A stretch of 64,000 bases of DNA from Lama glama (taxonomy: Eukaryota). A program made the translations under genes and the position numbers. Below the pieces are notes generated by a model, which saw nothing but the letters and a program-made list of their open reading frames with translations, did not search any database and was not told the origin of the DNA. Positions within the stretch are counted from its first letter, which is position 1, and the number at the start of each line of letters is the position of its first letter. This document shows positions 39,111-54,401 of the stretch, piece by piece. The stretch lies in assembly GCA_028534125.1 (NCBI GenBank), contig CM052818.1, forward strand, positions 28,150,001-28,214,000, read 5' to 3'.

Positions 39111-42100
39111 CTAATGATTTAAACATTTAAAATAATTATTCAAAGGTTACTATCTGCATTTGTAATGAAAGGGAGATTTAACAAGACTCAGTAACTTATA
39201 GAATGAAAATCCAGGTATTCATTGGAAATTGGAATTGAAATCTAGAGAATTTTCCAAACTATGCCATTCTACTCTTTGGAATTGTAACAGACAAAATACT
39301 CAGCATTCCAGTGTATAAGGAACAGAAAGTTTAAATACAGAAACCTCTGAAAGGAGAGTGACTTGAAAGGCTAAAAGGACCCAGATAAAAACATACTCTG
39401 CATCTTTAGAGATAGTTGTGACTTCACATATTTGTGAATGATTAATTGTGACTGAAGAGAACTCACATTCTTCAAAACTCTGAAAACCAAATCTGAATTT
39501 CTCAAAGTGCTTAGATCAGCCTACTTAATTTACTAGATTTCTTAGCCTTGAAGTTGAAATACCAAAGGGTAAACATACTATACTACATACAGTAGTACTG
39601 TCATTAGCACAGCAGTGATACAAATCACTAAAATAGAGAAATAATCCAGTTGTCTAAAGTAGAGTGAGGACTCTAAGATGATGTAATGATGATAACTATT
39701 TCTTCACTACTCAGTGACTAATACTTGTAAATTGTAAATCAGTGCAAAATCTGGTTGAATATGTCTATAACAATGCCAATGATTTTGCAGAAGTTTCACC
39801 ATTGTGTACTTGAAGAGTAGTTTCTTCTGAGAAGTAAAAGGATCTTTGTATGTATGATGTATTGGTTATTTGAATTTTTTTTCCTGAGCTCTCTACTGTT
39901 AACCTCCTTTTAAAAGAAAATAATAAATGTAAAAAGTCATAGTCACTGAGGGATTTTATGAGTACTTCTGTAATATCCCAGGATGGCAAAATGACTTTAA
40001 AAATTGACACAATATATATCTAACCCATCAACAGTGAAACTGGGGGTAGAGTATATTGTACAGTGAAACTCATTTTTTCCATCCCATTATCTGCATTTCC
40101 TATGATCATTATACCTGTCAACCATGTTCATACAAAATTGCTGAAGGTCAGTGCCTCTAATATTAAGTTCTGTCATATGGAGCTGGAGTTAAATGGCTTC
40201 AGAAGAAGTTGACAGATCATGAATAAGAATAGGTTGCTCTTTTCCCAATAAGAGTTGGTATTGACGGCTAAAGTAATGTTGCTAGTCACTAGCGAGTTAA
40301 GGTCGTGTTCTCATGACTCTCATGACAATCAAAAAGGCCTTCTGTTATAAGATAGAACACATACTAATCTAACTTAAGGGAATTTAAAACAATATGTTTC
40401 CGGTGCATATCAACCCCCAAGTAATGATGGACGTGTTTGCAGGCTGACAGTATCACATTCAGCAGGAAGATAATAATTCTACATAGGTTTCTCTTTTTCT
40501 TTATCATAAAGGCTATTGCGTTTGATTAAGTCTGGGTTCCTGCTGTAATTATTACCATTAGTCTTTGAAGTGGCATTTGCACAGGTCAGCTTTCTTAAAC
40601 TGTTTTGACATTTTGAAGGCTGCTAGTCATTTTCCCTCATCTTATTAAAAAACCTGTGGCCCAGGTAGCAAGCTGTTCTCTGCCCTTCCAGGGCATATGA
40701 TGTAGTTGTTTATTTCTAATAGGTTTTAAATATCCTAGGTAGTATTTCTATGTTCTGTTTGAAAGAAGGGACCTGGGATAGGCAGTCTGGATTGGGCTAA
40801 GTGCTGGATTTTCTATCTCATGATGAATCTCAGAGTAGGAAATCAAAAAAAAATCTCCTTTTTGGTGATAGGAGTAATCAAAAGGGGGAAAGTAGGTTCA
40901 TCCTTAAAAGGATAATCTCAAAGGTATTTTCTTAGATAATATTTCTTCTTGTGTATAAAGTTACCTAGGGATATTATTTCTATCTTGGATCCTGGCCAAG
41001 GCAATAGGGTAAAACGGGAGGAAGTAGAAATGAAAAAAATAAAAAAATAAATATAAATAAATGAATGAATGAATGAATGAATGTAGGTAGATCACTTTGA
41101 TCTACCTTTGTGCTTCTGTGTCTTAATGGACATTGCTTTTTGAACAGGATATTTGTAGATAAGAAAAATTGAGGTCCACTCTTTCCTTTTTTCCTAACTT
41201 CTGCCATATGTCCACATTGATGACATGCCCAAACCTACCTGACAAACACATCACAGTTCCTGGAATATGATGTAGAAACTACATGTTCCTACATGAAGGC
41301 ATGTAGTAAATTGATTCTGAACATCTACAGCTTATTTATCCAAATGCTTTTGTTCTAAACCAAATTCAATACTGTGGGTGTCAACAAAGTTTATAAGTAT
41401 TCCACAGCCACTACTGGGCCCTCTGAAATAGGCATATTCTTGCACTTGAGACCACACAATCACATAGTATGTCTTGGGATACTTTCTAATGATTTGAGAC
41501 AATCTTAGTCCTTCATACGTTCACAGTGCATGTTATCATTTCCTTTATTTATTCTTTTTGGTCATTGTTGAAAAAAGTCTGCATTTGTTAGATAATAATG
41601 CATGGATTTATAACTCTTTACACATACTGCTTAGTTTCTGTCTACATAGCATATGGACAGTCAGTAAAAGCAGTCGTGAAAGTTCATTTGTAAGTTGGTG
41701 GTCTAGAGGTTAAAGTAAATTTTCCCATATAATCAATGCAACAAAGTATGGTTCTCCAGTCAGATTTTACTATATCTTGGGATCAGGCACATTAAAATGC
41801 ACAAGAGAATGAAAAGGGGGAGAGATCTGCTCTGTCCAGGATAAACACAGATAGAATCTTGACAATGGAGATCTGTGATTTTGATAATTTATTCTTTTCC
41901 TTTAAGGACTTCACCTTCACCTCTTCAAACCCATATCCCAGACCCACACATACTCCTATACTGCCTGGACCTGCGTTATATCAACCCCATTCTCTTGAGT
42001 GATGTTTCCCTCTCCAATTTGAAATCCTATCCTCCTCAATCATAACATTTTTTTATTTTAAAAGCAATGATTCGGCAAAGGGATGAAAGAAGACAAGTTC

Positions 42101-42349
42101 ATGTCAGTTTGGCTGTGAAGATATAAACTACTTTCAAGAAGACATTGTACTCTCTCATTCTTCTTTTGTCTTCTACTTGGGATAGTACTTAGCAGCTTAT
42201 ATTCAATGTTTTAAATATAAAATAATAGTATGTATTAATTCTATATCTGATGATATGTATTAATCTGAAAGAATATCATTATCTAATAACAGTAATATTT
42301 TTATGGATTCCTACCTTAAACTGGTTTCTCATTTTTAGAGAAGTTGGCT

Positions 42350-42545
42350 CATTTAAGTGGATTAACATACGTTGAGCACCTAATATACCCTAAGGCACTT
42401 CAGATGTTTTCCCAAATTAAAGTAAAATCTATGGAGTAAATATCACTCTAGTTTCTAGATCAGGAAACTAAGGCTTTGTGAGTTCAAGAAATTAAGCCAA
42501 GATGGTCACTAGTAGAGTTGGCATTCAAAGTTCTGACTTTTAATA
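42350..42545 (-). mobile_element. MIR SINE
   Basis: ttgagcacct...tagatcaggaaactaaggct..gagttcaag..agccaag. Confidence 0.6.
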
Positions 42546-44056
42546 CTATACCCTGTTAAAATAAGCTGAAAAAGGAAGTGTTTTAATGGCTGAAATTACA
42601 GTAAATAGAGCAAAATGAAGATAAAGATTTTAGAAAATGTAGAAAGTTGTTGATAGTTTTTGTTTTGTTTGTGGTAGAATCATTCAGTCTTAAAACTTAC
42701 TTAAGAGTCTGCCTTTGGTTCATAGCTCCTTTACTTTCTTCCTTTTTGTCTGAAGTTTTATATTTTCCATAAGACCTATGCTCTCGGAGGACGGGCAAAA
42801 GTACCATACATTTCTCTATCTCCATATGATGTTCTACAGCTTCTCTCTCACTAATACTTAATAACTACTTTTTAAATGAATGAATGAATAAACATTTTTC
42901 AAATCATCAGTTGGAAAGACCCCGTTTCTTAACGTGAAGAATGTAAAATTTTCATTGATAAAATTTTTCTCTTAGTAGATCCATTAGCTTATATTTTTAT
43001 GTCTTTCCATGTATTGCCCTAAAATATTTTTTTTCTTTCACTTACTTACAAATGCTAGTTAACGCTTTATGTATCTGACAAAGCTATGGCTTTTGATAAT
43101 AAGAGAATTCACCAACCTAATTTTTAATGTTCTATGAATAAGAATTGCAAATTGCTCACAGGCAGTTTCTTTATAGTGGAGGAATAGTAGAAATTTAAGC
43201 AATTTCCTGTGATTTGCTTCAAGCCACGCAGCTAATCTGAATAGTTAATAAACTTTTGTATTAACAGAAAAGAAAGAAAGGCTCTTGCCAGAAATTACCC
43301 TGACAGTTGACTCTGAAAACACAGATTGGGATTTGGCTTCCTGGTTCTGAATCATATGCAGGAATTAAGCACCTCTTTTGTGCTCTCCCCAAGAGATAAT
43401 CCAAATGTGGTAAATCGACATTACTTTATGGTATGGCTTCAGACAAGCTGAGAAAAATTACACCAACACCATTTGATTCCCTTCTGATTTGGCTCTTAAA
43501 CAACTCAAGGTCTCTCCTATAAAAGAATGAATTGAAACATGAGTTTAACCATACAGAGCTTTAAACCATTAAGCCAGTCTCTCTGTAACATTTTGAATCT
43601 GGAATACTAATTTATTACTTCCTGGTATTTTAAGTTGAACAAATTCTTCTACTGGATTAACTTTGGTTTGTGTGACTTAAAGTGTGGCCTTGAGAGAAAT
43701 AAAAATAAATTTCATGATTTAACTTAGGTAAAAAGATAGGATGATATGTCTCTCAAGCTTACTTTCCTTTTCTTTTTTTCTCATAATTACTGTATTTTGT
43801 CAGGTAGGGCTGGATTATGCTGCCAAATATCAGTGGATTCACATAACAAAAAGCATACTTTTTGCTCAAATTACATGAAAAACATGGTTCAGCAAATTCA
43901 GTCAGAGACCCAGTCATCACAGCAGTGGGAAAGAAATGCAGCAAAGCCAAATCATGCACAGAGTCTTAACCCTCTACAGGGAAGCGAAACACCTGATTTA
44001 ATCTCCAGTTTTGTTGTCCAAAACAGTTCTCATTACCACGCCTAACTACAGAATCA

Positions 44057-44478
44057 GTTGAGAAGTGCAGCCTTCCATGTGCACTGAAAGGCAGATGTAT
44101 GGGCAGGCTACTCAGCATGGATGTTCTCTTGCTCTCTGTACATCCCCCGCTCGATCAGTGCCTGCTTCACTACGCCTACTCACATGACTGAGCTTCCTAC
44201 GTAGCTGACCCTCTGCTGGTTTCCCTGGTAATCAATGAACCAACCTGGTATCAGTTTCCTCTGTAACTGGTAACCTCTCCTCCCCCCAAGTAGTGAAGAC
44301 TGCCACCATGTCCTGCCTGCCTTCTGCTGCACATGGTGGGGTGTTGCTCCAGGACCTCGACTCAAACATATAAGATCCATTAAACCATTGATGTCTTTGT
44401 CATTGATCCTGGGCTCTTTCTTTGGTCTCAAAGCTGTGCAAGTACAGGGCTTATAGGCCTGCGGTGTGCAGGCCAACA
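44057..44478 (+). mobile_element. Putative ERV LTR (family unassigned)
   Basis: GC-richer ~420-bp block ending ...ggccaaca, with ATTAAA at 44379-44384 followed by a U5-like T-rich segment; start gttg partly complements the end; no clear TSD. Confidence 0.5.
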
Positions 44479-44558
44479 GTGGAACACCAGAAAAGTTTGA
44501 TGCTCAGCACCAATGGCTACCATGCTTCTTCTTTCACATACTCCCTTTTCTCTCCCAA

Positions 44559-45058
44559 NNNNNNNNNNNNNNNNNNNNNNNNNNNNNNNNNNNNNNNNNN
44601 NNNNNNNNNNNNNNNNNNNNNNNNNNNNNNNNNNNNNNNNNNNNNNNNNNNNNNNNNNNNNNNNNNNNNNNNNNNNNNNNNNNNNNNNNNNNNNNNNNNN
44701 NNNNNNNNNNNNNNNNNNNNNNNNNNNNNNNNNNNNNNNNNNNNNNNNNNNNNNNNNNNNNNNNNNNNNNNNNNNNNNNNNNNNNNNNNNNNNNNNNNNN
44801 NNNNNNNNNNNNNNNNNNNNNNNNNNNNNNNNNNNNNNNNNNNNNNNNNNNNNNNNNNNNNNNNNNNNNNNNNNNNNNNNNNNNNNNNNNNNNNNNNNNN
44901 NNNNNNNNNNNNNNNNNNNNNNNNNNNNNNNNNNNNNNNNNNNNNNNNNNNNNNNNNNNNNNNNNNNNNNNNNNNNNNNNNNNNNNNNNNNNNNNNNNNN
45001 NNNNNNNNNNNNNNNNNNNNNNNNNNNNNNNNNNNNNNNNNNNNNNNNNNNNNNNNNN
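44559..45058. other. Assembly gap (exactly 500 N) followed by an A-run
   Basis: Run of N; A10 at 45059-45068. Confidence 1.
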
Positions 45059-48000
45059 AAAAAAAAAAGTACTTCATCATACTTTACATTTTTAGGGATT
45101 CCTTTTCCTTAGGAGGGATAATTTTTGGTCAAAATCTTTATATGGTTTACTCACAGTATAAGGAACTTTAGGCCTATTTGCAAAGACAGACCTTACTCTA
45201 ACCAAGCAGTGCAAATGACCATGGACAGATCAGTTACTCAGCCTTCTACTCCCATATTGTGAATACTTCATATGTGTCCTGAACTGTGTTAGGCTCTGCT
45301 AATATTAAAGCACCAATTTCAAAAATAATACTTCAAGCAGTATCTTATTGTTGCTTGTGTAACTTACAGCATGTTATGGGAAACCTAAATATTTAGTCAG
45401 CATCAAAAGCTTAAAAAAAAAAGATAAATAGATCCAACAGGCTACTCTTCTAAAGACTGTTGTTTCTGGAACACTGAGCTCATGCTTTTCCAAGGGGCAC
45501 AAGGATAAAGTCGTACATGATTGGGCTATAGTCTAATTTATGAGTGAGTCTAAAACAATTTTAGGAGCTTAACACTGCAGTAGCCCTTTGGGGTATTAAC
45601 TCTGTCAACTGGCTTGCAAATCAGAAAATTCATAGCTCTATTATGAAGGCATGTGAAATATCAAATACATGGACTGGATGTAATACTTAACTGCTTTATG
45701 AGGTGACCAAAAACTGCTGACTGATTTGTTGGCTTAAATCCTGTAGCATGGATCCCTTTAATTGCCTTAAGAATATTCTAGTAGATAATTCAAAAGAGTT
45801 GGACCTAAAAGGAAAGAAATACGTAAATTCAAGTGGATTGTATTTAAATTATAAAGTATTTTTGAGGAAAGGTTTGATATAAAAATGGTTGATATCCCAA
45901 ACATACTTAAAAATGAACACCTGAAAATTGAGTAGGACAAAAGAAAAAAATAAATGGATTTTTTTGCTCAGATATTCCTTGTTCCTTTTACAATCATGGC
46001 CACCACACTGAGCATATTATTATATTTATAGTGTATTTTTTAAAATCAAAGTATTCTCAGCATAGTATGTTGTACCTAGTGGCAGGTCAATAATTGAGCA
46101 AAAAGAATAATTAATTAAACGTGTGCCATGTGTCAGGCACTCTGTTAGGTATTCAGTATTCTATGGTGAAGAAAACATAGACATTGCTTTAAATCAGCTT
46201 AAATATATCTTATGTAATACAAGTACTTTCAAATAAATTTCACTGTGAGGATTTTTAAGACTTTATGTCATATTAGGATTTTAAATAACTTTTTCAGAAA
46301 AGACTTAAGGCATCTTATATAAATACAAATTTCACTTTAATATGATGTAATTAAGTAGCTGTAGCAACATACAGTGGAGGTGGAACATGAGATTAAAGCA
46401 CCAGATACATGCTGTAAATTCCTATAAATCCACCAGAGGTGGGAGATATCATTGATTCTCAGCTTTCTGGCAACAAATTTAGTATGACTTAGGGATGCTG
46501 GCTAAGATAGCGTGGTCTGAAATTGGTAGGTAAAATTGATAGCTCCAGAAGTATGTAGACAATTTTTTAAATCACCTTTAAAAATTCTCCTTAAAATTGC
46601 TCCCTAAGAGTTCTCAAATTCACCTTCGTGTGACTCTATCTACTTACACTTATGAGAGATTGACCAGGTGGCAATTCTCCGATTTCCTCCATCATATCCC
46701 ACTCATCTCATAAAACCAGAGTTGCATGGACTCAGTTGAACACTGTTCACCTGAGAGCAGTCTCCACCTTCCAACATTTTAATTCATTCCTCCATATTTG
46801 CTTACATAATTTGTGAGTGAATGACTGGGAAAAATAACTGGTTGTTTCTTGAAATTGTGCTAATTAGTATTAAAAATATTGGGCTAGACTTTCCTTTCAG
46901 ATGAGGAAGAAATTTGGTGAGCATCATTGAAGTCCACACAATTTCCCATCAAAGCAGAGAAGTGTCCCCTCTAATTTATGCTAGCTAGTTATATACACTC
47001 TACACACTGTGTAAATGCATAAAGAAAAATCAGTGGTAGAAAAGGAGTTTGTCGCAGGAGTTTCCAAGATGATATATCCTCAGAGCATGTTGTTACTTAC
47101 TCCCCAACTCTCCCCTGTCCTCGAGGATTCTTTGGATCATCTATGATGACATTTTAATGAAATCAGTTTCTAAAGTAAGAAAAGAAGTGTGACTATTCTC
47201 TTTTGTACACATTCATAACTGGCTTATATTTAACTCATTGCCTACTGAAATATATTGTGAAATTGGATTGGGTGTGTGAAGGTAAGAACCTTTCCAAAGT
47301 GTGATAGGTCTTTACCATATCTAGCGTGCTTAGTCCTGCCTTTATCTTGGAACACAGGTGATACTTGGTTCTGAATGCTCACAGACTGCAATTACTGTAT
47401 AGCTATAGTGCAACCTGTAGAGTGTGAAGTCTAGTATAACACTACAGGTACACTTAGTAAGAGCCTTCCCCAACCAAATTCCATTTTTTGTGTGTATTAC
47501 TCTTATCTTTTTTTTTTGATTGAAAAAAATCTCTACCATCCAAAAAGAAAATAAACAAACCAAAAAAACACAAAAATGACTTCTCAATACATTAAAACCC
47601 CAGAACCCTGAAGAAAAATTAACCTCCTAAAGAACCCCTAAAGAAAAATGATTTTAACATACTCTAAGCCTTATGCTTCACCCGAGTGAAATTTGTTCAA
47701 ATGGTTATTTTTTTGTGCTTATTAGATTACTTAAATTGTAAGATGGAAACCTCACATTAGAATAAAATAGTGGTGAAACCATTGTAGTGTTTTTCTTCTC
47801 CATTAACTTTTGTCAAGAAATCTTTAATTACTACCCTATGGAAGAGACTTTCTGGCTTAAAAGAAAAGGGAAATAACCTATCTTCTCACCATTAATTGAT
47901 AATGAAAACCTGGGGACAACTTTATTCAAATAATATCAAGATTAAGATGCTGAAATCATTGGGGGGAAGAAATTGGTATCATATTGCTTAGATGTTTTGA

Positions 48001-48123
48001 TAGCTAATCTGAGATGAGAAGTTAGGGAACAAGAATAAGATAGCTTATTATGTTCAAAGAATTTTCATAAAATCTTTTCTACCAGCCTTATTTTATGAAG
48101 GAAAGAATCTTCATTCTTAACTA

Positions 48124-48124
<1 letters not shown>

Positions 48125-48178
<54 letters not shown>
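48125..48178. repeat. (AAT)n microsatellite
   Basis: About 18 perfect AAT units. Confidence 0.95.
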
Positions 48179-48181
<3 letters not shown>

Positions 48182-48859
48182 GTCATTATTTCAAGTATAT
48201 AAAGCCACGTTTTGAAATCAATATATAAAGGTTAAAGTGCCAACATGGGAATACATAGGACTAAGTTAGCCTATATTACAGGTGAATTAAGTTAATTTTG
48301 GCATTAATTTATTATGCATTTTTATTATAACATATTTTAGGTAAATAATGGAAGTATCCCTTTCTTTATTTGGGATTCATCTTATTATACAGAACTCTAA
48401 CTCTCTTTCACATTTAATCCCACATAATTAACAGTTGCACATTCTCAGTCTCTGACCTTCTTTGACTCCCAGGCTACAGGTTTCCCTGCCCTGCATATTA
48501 ATAGCAGTTCATCTTTTCCCTTCATACTATTTAATATCGTTGTTATTTTGTACTCAGTGATGGGAACACTTGTTTACTGTTTCTGATTTTGAACTTAGCT
48601 CTCAGAAAAATGGAGCTCATCAAACACTGATGTCCAAGAATGTTCCATTTTAGGGCATGTTCTGATACCGTTACCTCCAATGACCACATCAAAACCTTTT
48701 AACCCTCAGTGCCTAGTTAGATATGCAGTCCAGGACCAAATAAATTCCACAGAGGTGACTAGCCGTATTTCCATGCTGATGAGGCACTGCTTAGATTAAC
48801 TTAAAACTAGATTTTACATCGTTTAGATCGACATTCTGTTTTTAAAATATATTTATTAA

Positions 48860-50400
48860 TATTTTGATTTCATCAAGTGAAGACATTTTCTCATTGTCTC
48901 TCATATGTAGTGTTGCAGATGAAAAGTTTAATATCTGTTCCTTTGTAAGTGCCCTCTTTTTTTCATGGAATTTTGAAAATTCTTGATAATCTGCAGTTTA
49001 GTTGTACATTTATTTTATTAATCATCTTTAAGACTGAGTATAATTTTTTAAATCAGAAAAAATAATATTTCTTTATTAAGTCTTCTTTTTTTATCTCTGT
49101 ACTTAGGAATATCCCCAGCATTTGTGAAATTAATCCTGTGTATCTTAAACTTTCTCTTGTGTTTTTCAATTCTAAGCCTGTTTGTTTTAATTTCTCTGAA
49201 ATTTGCTATACTTATATGCAATATTGTTATATTGACCTTCAACCTTACTGGTTTTCTGATTTCCAACTTTCTATTAGAATGTTTTAATATAAACAAACAA
49301 GGACTTTTTTAATTGCTAATTTTTTAACTTCTTCATATTTTACAGATACGCCATCATCTCTAAGGGCAATAAGTACTAATACGTAATGATTGACTATGTT
49401 GCTCTAAGTGCTTTAACTGTATTAAGTCCCACATCAACTCCCTGAGTTATCCTACATTGCAGATGGGGAAACCGAGGGAGAGAGATTCAAGTAACACATC
49501 TGATGTCATATAATGAGTAATCCTCTTAAGATTTCTACTTGTTGATTTACAGAATTGCCTGATCTTTCTACATAATTTGCCCTTTATATTTTAAAGCTAT
49601 TACTAACCCCTTTAGTTCTTTGTTAACTAGGAATCACCATATCAAATGTTTACTTTGAAGTCCCTCTCAGATTACTCTAATTCCCAATCATAAATCCTCC
49701 CAGTTATTCAATTTATGGTTGTCTACTTTAGCATTGAACTTTCTCTTATGTCCTCTGGTTACACATAGTTGTGGTCAGAGAGTTTAAATTCCATAAAGTT
49801 ACATCTCAGGAGTCCCATGTGGGTGGTGTGTGTGGATGTCTTCCAGAGCAGTATTTCCTGGTTACCTCTATCTCTGTCCTTCTGGGCTTGCTCTTTCTGA
49901 AATAGACTGTATATGAGAGTTCCAGATTTAAAGTTTCTGTACTATATGCTTTGCACAAAGTTGATCCTTGAAACTGTACTTTAGTTTCAGGATATCAATT
50001 ATTCATGACTTAATTTCTCCTTACTTCCATAACTCAGATGTAGAGTAGCATTTATATAATGAGGTCATCATTTCCTGAAATCCAGCTTCAGACTGGGATC
50101 CCTATTCTTGCTAAGTAATGTACATTGTCCTTTACTCTTCTTTTGTATCTGTTTCCACTTCAACTTACAAGTTATATATCTGGTTATGGTACCTTATCAG
50201 CTGCTCACTTTTGATTCCTTGTTAACAAAATGATTATGAGGTGCTTTTTGTTGTTGTGGCTTTGTTTTGTTTTTAGGATACTTAGGCATTTCCCTTCCTT
50301 TGGGCTAAGAGATACATTTTAAATATTTTAAATGTGTTATGATTCAGAATTTTCTATGATTTAGACCCAGAAAGTGTTTTCCATTCTGTTCAATATAACA
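48860..50400 (-). mobile_element. Ancient L1/HAL1 ORF1-region remnant interrupted by a MIR (about 49365-49520)
   Basis: tgttgcagatgaaaagttt...ttcctttgtaagtg resembles reverse ORF1; MIR: ttgcagatggggaaaccgagggagagagattcaagtaac. Confidence 0.5.
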
Positions 50401-51979
50401 TATTGGTCAGAAGTCCAGATTTAAATTTAAATCTGTTGCTGCACAGTGAATCATCTAGGAACAGATAACCAAAACTTTCCCAGGTGAATGGCTGTTGCTT
50501 TGAGCCTTCAATATTTGACTCCTTGACACCAAGAGAAAAGATGTATTTCTTACTAATATAAGAATTTAATGCTTTTTTGTCATTTTAGTTCTAAAGTGTC
50601 AATCACACATCATGAGCAATAGAAAAACAATACAATTGCTCATGATTTTACTGTTTCAGAGAGATATGAATATATTCTTCAAAATGTTTTTAATCCCCCA
50701 TTATTTAGGTAGCGTGGCATCAAGGAAGATGTATCTGCAGAAAAGCATACTCAGAATGAGTGGCTTTTAGTAAAATGTGAGAAGAGAATATTTATCTATT
50801 AGAAAGTACATCTGTGCATCTGTTCGGTGAGAGAACTTTCTGTATGCTAGCCTGAATCTGAACCTCCGGCATCTAAAAAATATTTCCAGAAGTCACATAA
50901 TGGCAAAGAAAAAAATTCAGCCAAGTTTTTTCTTTAATATAGTTTGCCTTTGTTCCTATCATCAATCTGCCAGATATATTACATGCAGAACTAAATATAA
51001 TGAAGGGTGTGCTCAACTGATCTCTCTGATTAAGACCCTATTAGTAGAGCAGAAAGAAACGGCAGGCAGTGCATTCTCTTTTAAAAAAACCCAGAGCATT
51101 GTGAAGCTTGTTCAGGGGCCACAGCCTGACGATACTGTATTTCAAAATTCCAAGTATCAAAATAAAACAGTAAATTATTGTGTGCTAATTCAATGTGAGA
51201 TTTATTTTATTAAGACTCTTAATTTAGTGAAAACACAAAAGGGATGATTTTTAAATGTTCCTCAACTAAATGTTGTATTTCAAGAAGTCCTTGGATGAAA
51301 GCTAAAAGAACTTTCTCCACTGTATTTCTGTGTTCAGTGTTACGGCAGGTGTAGAGAAAATCTGGAACTGACAAATCATCCATTTAATTTGACAAACATT
51401 TACTTAATGGGAACTCTGTGCCAAGCATCCTGATAAATCTCCTGAATGATTAAGATGGCTTTGCTTTGGAAGAGCTCCTGTGCTATAGATGAGATATATG
51501 TATAAGCAATTAAGTTTAAAACAATGTACTAAGTGTTATAATAGCAGCTTATAAAAAGACTCTCGGAACAGAACTGAAGAATTAATTAGGCTCATTTTAG
51601 GGAGCTCAAGGTCTAATCAGTAAAGCATACTGGGATCACTTGAGGAGGGAAGGGTTAAATTTTATTATGGCTCCACATATTCTGATACTTCTTTTACAAC
51701 ACGAGGGAGGGAGGCTGCACTTCTTCTAGTGAAAATAACTCCCCATGGCCATGTTGATTTGCTGTAACTTATCAGAGTAAATCATATCGGTCAAGTACAT
51801 TGAAGACCCACCCCCACATCATTAGCTATGACTATTATTTCAATATGGGGGAAGCAGAAACATGGGAAAAGAGTCAAATGCATGCAGAAAACTGTGGGAC
51901 ACTTAAATGCACCTGTGCTTATAATTCATTCATTTATTCAACACTTATTATAGAGTGTTGAATTAATTTCCCACTTCAT

Positions 51980-52240
51980 TCAGGTATGCTCATATGTTAC
52001 CTCATACGTGAAAATTTTCTTAATCTGATACAAAAGAGGATTCTTCACTCTTTTATTACCTGAGTTTTTAGTACTACCTGATATAATATATATTTATTTC
52101 CTTGCTTGTTTCATGTTTCCTTCCTACTAAAATATAAGCTACCTGAGACCAGAAGTTTTGTTTTGCTTATTGCTGTATTTCCAAAGCCTCGAACAATGCT
52201 CGTGCGTGGTAGGTGCTCAATGTACGTTTGCAGGATGCCT
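51980..52240 (+). mobile_element. L2 3' end
   Basis: ctactaaaatataagctacctgagaccag...tgctgtatttccaaagcctcgaacaatgct..ggtaggtgctcaat. Confidence 0.75.
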
Positions 52241-52467
52241 GATTGACTTTTGGATTAATTATATTATAAAGTATCTATTACATGCCTGATACTACATGAA
52301 TATTGTGAATGGGTGGAAGTACCAGGAAGATGAGCCAGGAAAGATAAGTTAGGAATAAGACTCAAAGGGCTACACAGAGCAATAGGTACCAAATATGAGA
52401 CTTTGGTTCTACTCCATGAATGTTGTGTTTGCTTACTGTTTTTTTTTTTCTAAAACACATAACTGAA

Positions 52468-52682
52468 TACAGCCTGTGGGTCTTCAGACTATAACTCCCT
52501 GGCTGCTTCCTGTTTTTGTAAATAAAGTTTTACTGGAACACAGCCACTCCTATTCATTTACGTGTTGACTGTGATTCTTTCCTGCTACTACAGCAGATTC
52601 GAGTAGCTGTGATAGGGAATCGATGGCCTGCAAAACTGAAAAAATTTACTATTTGACTCTTATAGAAGAAATTTGCTGACCT
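52468..52682. mobile_element. MER58-type hAT-Charlie MITE
   Basis: cctgtttttgtaaataaagttttactggaacacagccac..cattcatttac...ggcctgcaaa..aaatttactatttgactcttatagaagaaatttgctgacc matches recalled MER58A. Confidence 0.85.
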
Positions 52683-53849
52683 AAGAGAAAATAGAAGCAA
52701 GTAGACTGATGATAAGACTGTTGCAGTGCTTCTGAAAAGCAGGGATGATGGTGTTCATCGAGTGAGATAGACATGACAAGATTTGTTGAATACACAATGG
52801 GAATGATGTGAAGAAGGGAAAAATAGGGGAAAGTTCTGTCACATGGAAAGATATTAGAGGTGTTTTGAAGCAGTCAGTGGTACCTCTAGGTAGCTGAGAA
52901 TTATGGATACTATAGGGTCTAAATCTCTAGAGGAAAGGGCTTTTCATTCTAGTAAATCCTGTGATCATGTGCATACTCTGACGATGGTAAAAACTTTCAG
53001 TCAGTTGTGCTTGCTTGGTAACTAAACGTGTCATTATCTCCGTAGGGAACCACTTTGATCCTCAAAAGTGTTCTAGAGCCATGTATTCCTTTCACAATCT
53101 TTTCTCTCATGACAAAATTCTGTTTTATCTATAGGGAATATTGAAGAAGAGATACTGGTGGCAGGTGATTTCTGGGCTACTGAGAAGGGACATATGCATT
53201 TAACAGAGTAAGTGAGATTCACTAAATCAACTAGAAACTAAGTTAAGATAGATTCCAAATGAGTCCTAGAAAAACTGGAGATAACTTTAAAGACAGTTTG
53301 CAGTGAGATTTAAAGACCATTGAGATTGGCCAAGGAATCAATGACCATGAAAAGATTTACATTTTTATCTTGCCTATTGAAAAATATTAATCACAAATAT
53401 AATTTTAAAATTTCTTTCAAGTAATATTTAAAAATAAATATAAAGCTGACAAGTACAAAGAATTCACCAGTAGAACCTTAATGAATAAATTGTTGACAAG
53501 GACTCCACTGCTGTATGTAAATTTCAGCATAATTCTGAAACCATGGTTAAAAATACATATTTTAAAAACCTTCATTTTCTTTATCTTTTATTGCTGAGCT
53601 ATCACTAGGTAGGGGTATAATTACTAGATTAAAATATCTTGTATTTGGTTCTAGTCTTGTTCCACTAACACTTTGGGAAAACGATTTATTACATGCATTT
53701 CTTACTTTTTTTTCTCTCTCTGTCTTTTCACAAAATCCTGTGAGATTTTCCCAGTCTATGCAAAACAAAGTGTAAGGCCCTGGAGTCAGAAGTCATTGAT
53801 CATAGAGTCTGAAGAGAGGTCATAAAGTGCATATTTAGAGTATAGGGTT

Positions 53850-54090
53850 TCAAAAGCCAGGTAGGTCCAGTTTTATAAACTGGTCTCATCATATAACTGA
53901 CTCAACAGATCATTTAAACTCTCTGAGTCTCCATTTTTATCTATAAAATGTGAACTTACAAAGTCTATTGTCTAGATTGATATTAAGTATATATAAATTA
54001 TTTATATTAAATATATAAATATATGTATATAAATATGGGTATTACATATATTTGGGGGGCATATCTGGCACATAGTAGATGCCCATTAAA
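53850..54090 (+). mobile_element. MIR SINE
   Basis: tttaaactctctgagtctccatttttatctataaaatg...atctggcacatagtagatgc. Confidence 0.7.
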
Positions 54091-54401
54091 CAACAGCTTA
54101 TATAATTGTTGCCCCAAATTTTGTTGATGTCATTTTTGAACTCTGCTAGCCCTTCTGGTACCGTGACACTTTTTTATTCTTTCGTAAGTTATGATCTCTC
54201 ATTCACTCTTTCTGCCTGGATATATTATGTTTGTTCTTCCATCAACTATCCTTGACCCATTGTTCCCTTACCTAAACCTGTGTTATATATGCTGCATCTT
54301 TTCTGTCTTGTCACTTCCAGAAGGCTGTAAATATTTGTATCTAATTCCTTTCAGGCTGCTGGAGTCTATTCACTTATGAAACCCCAAAGAAGGTGTTACA
54401 T

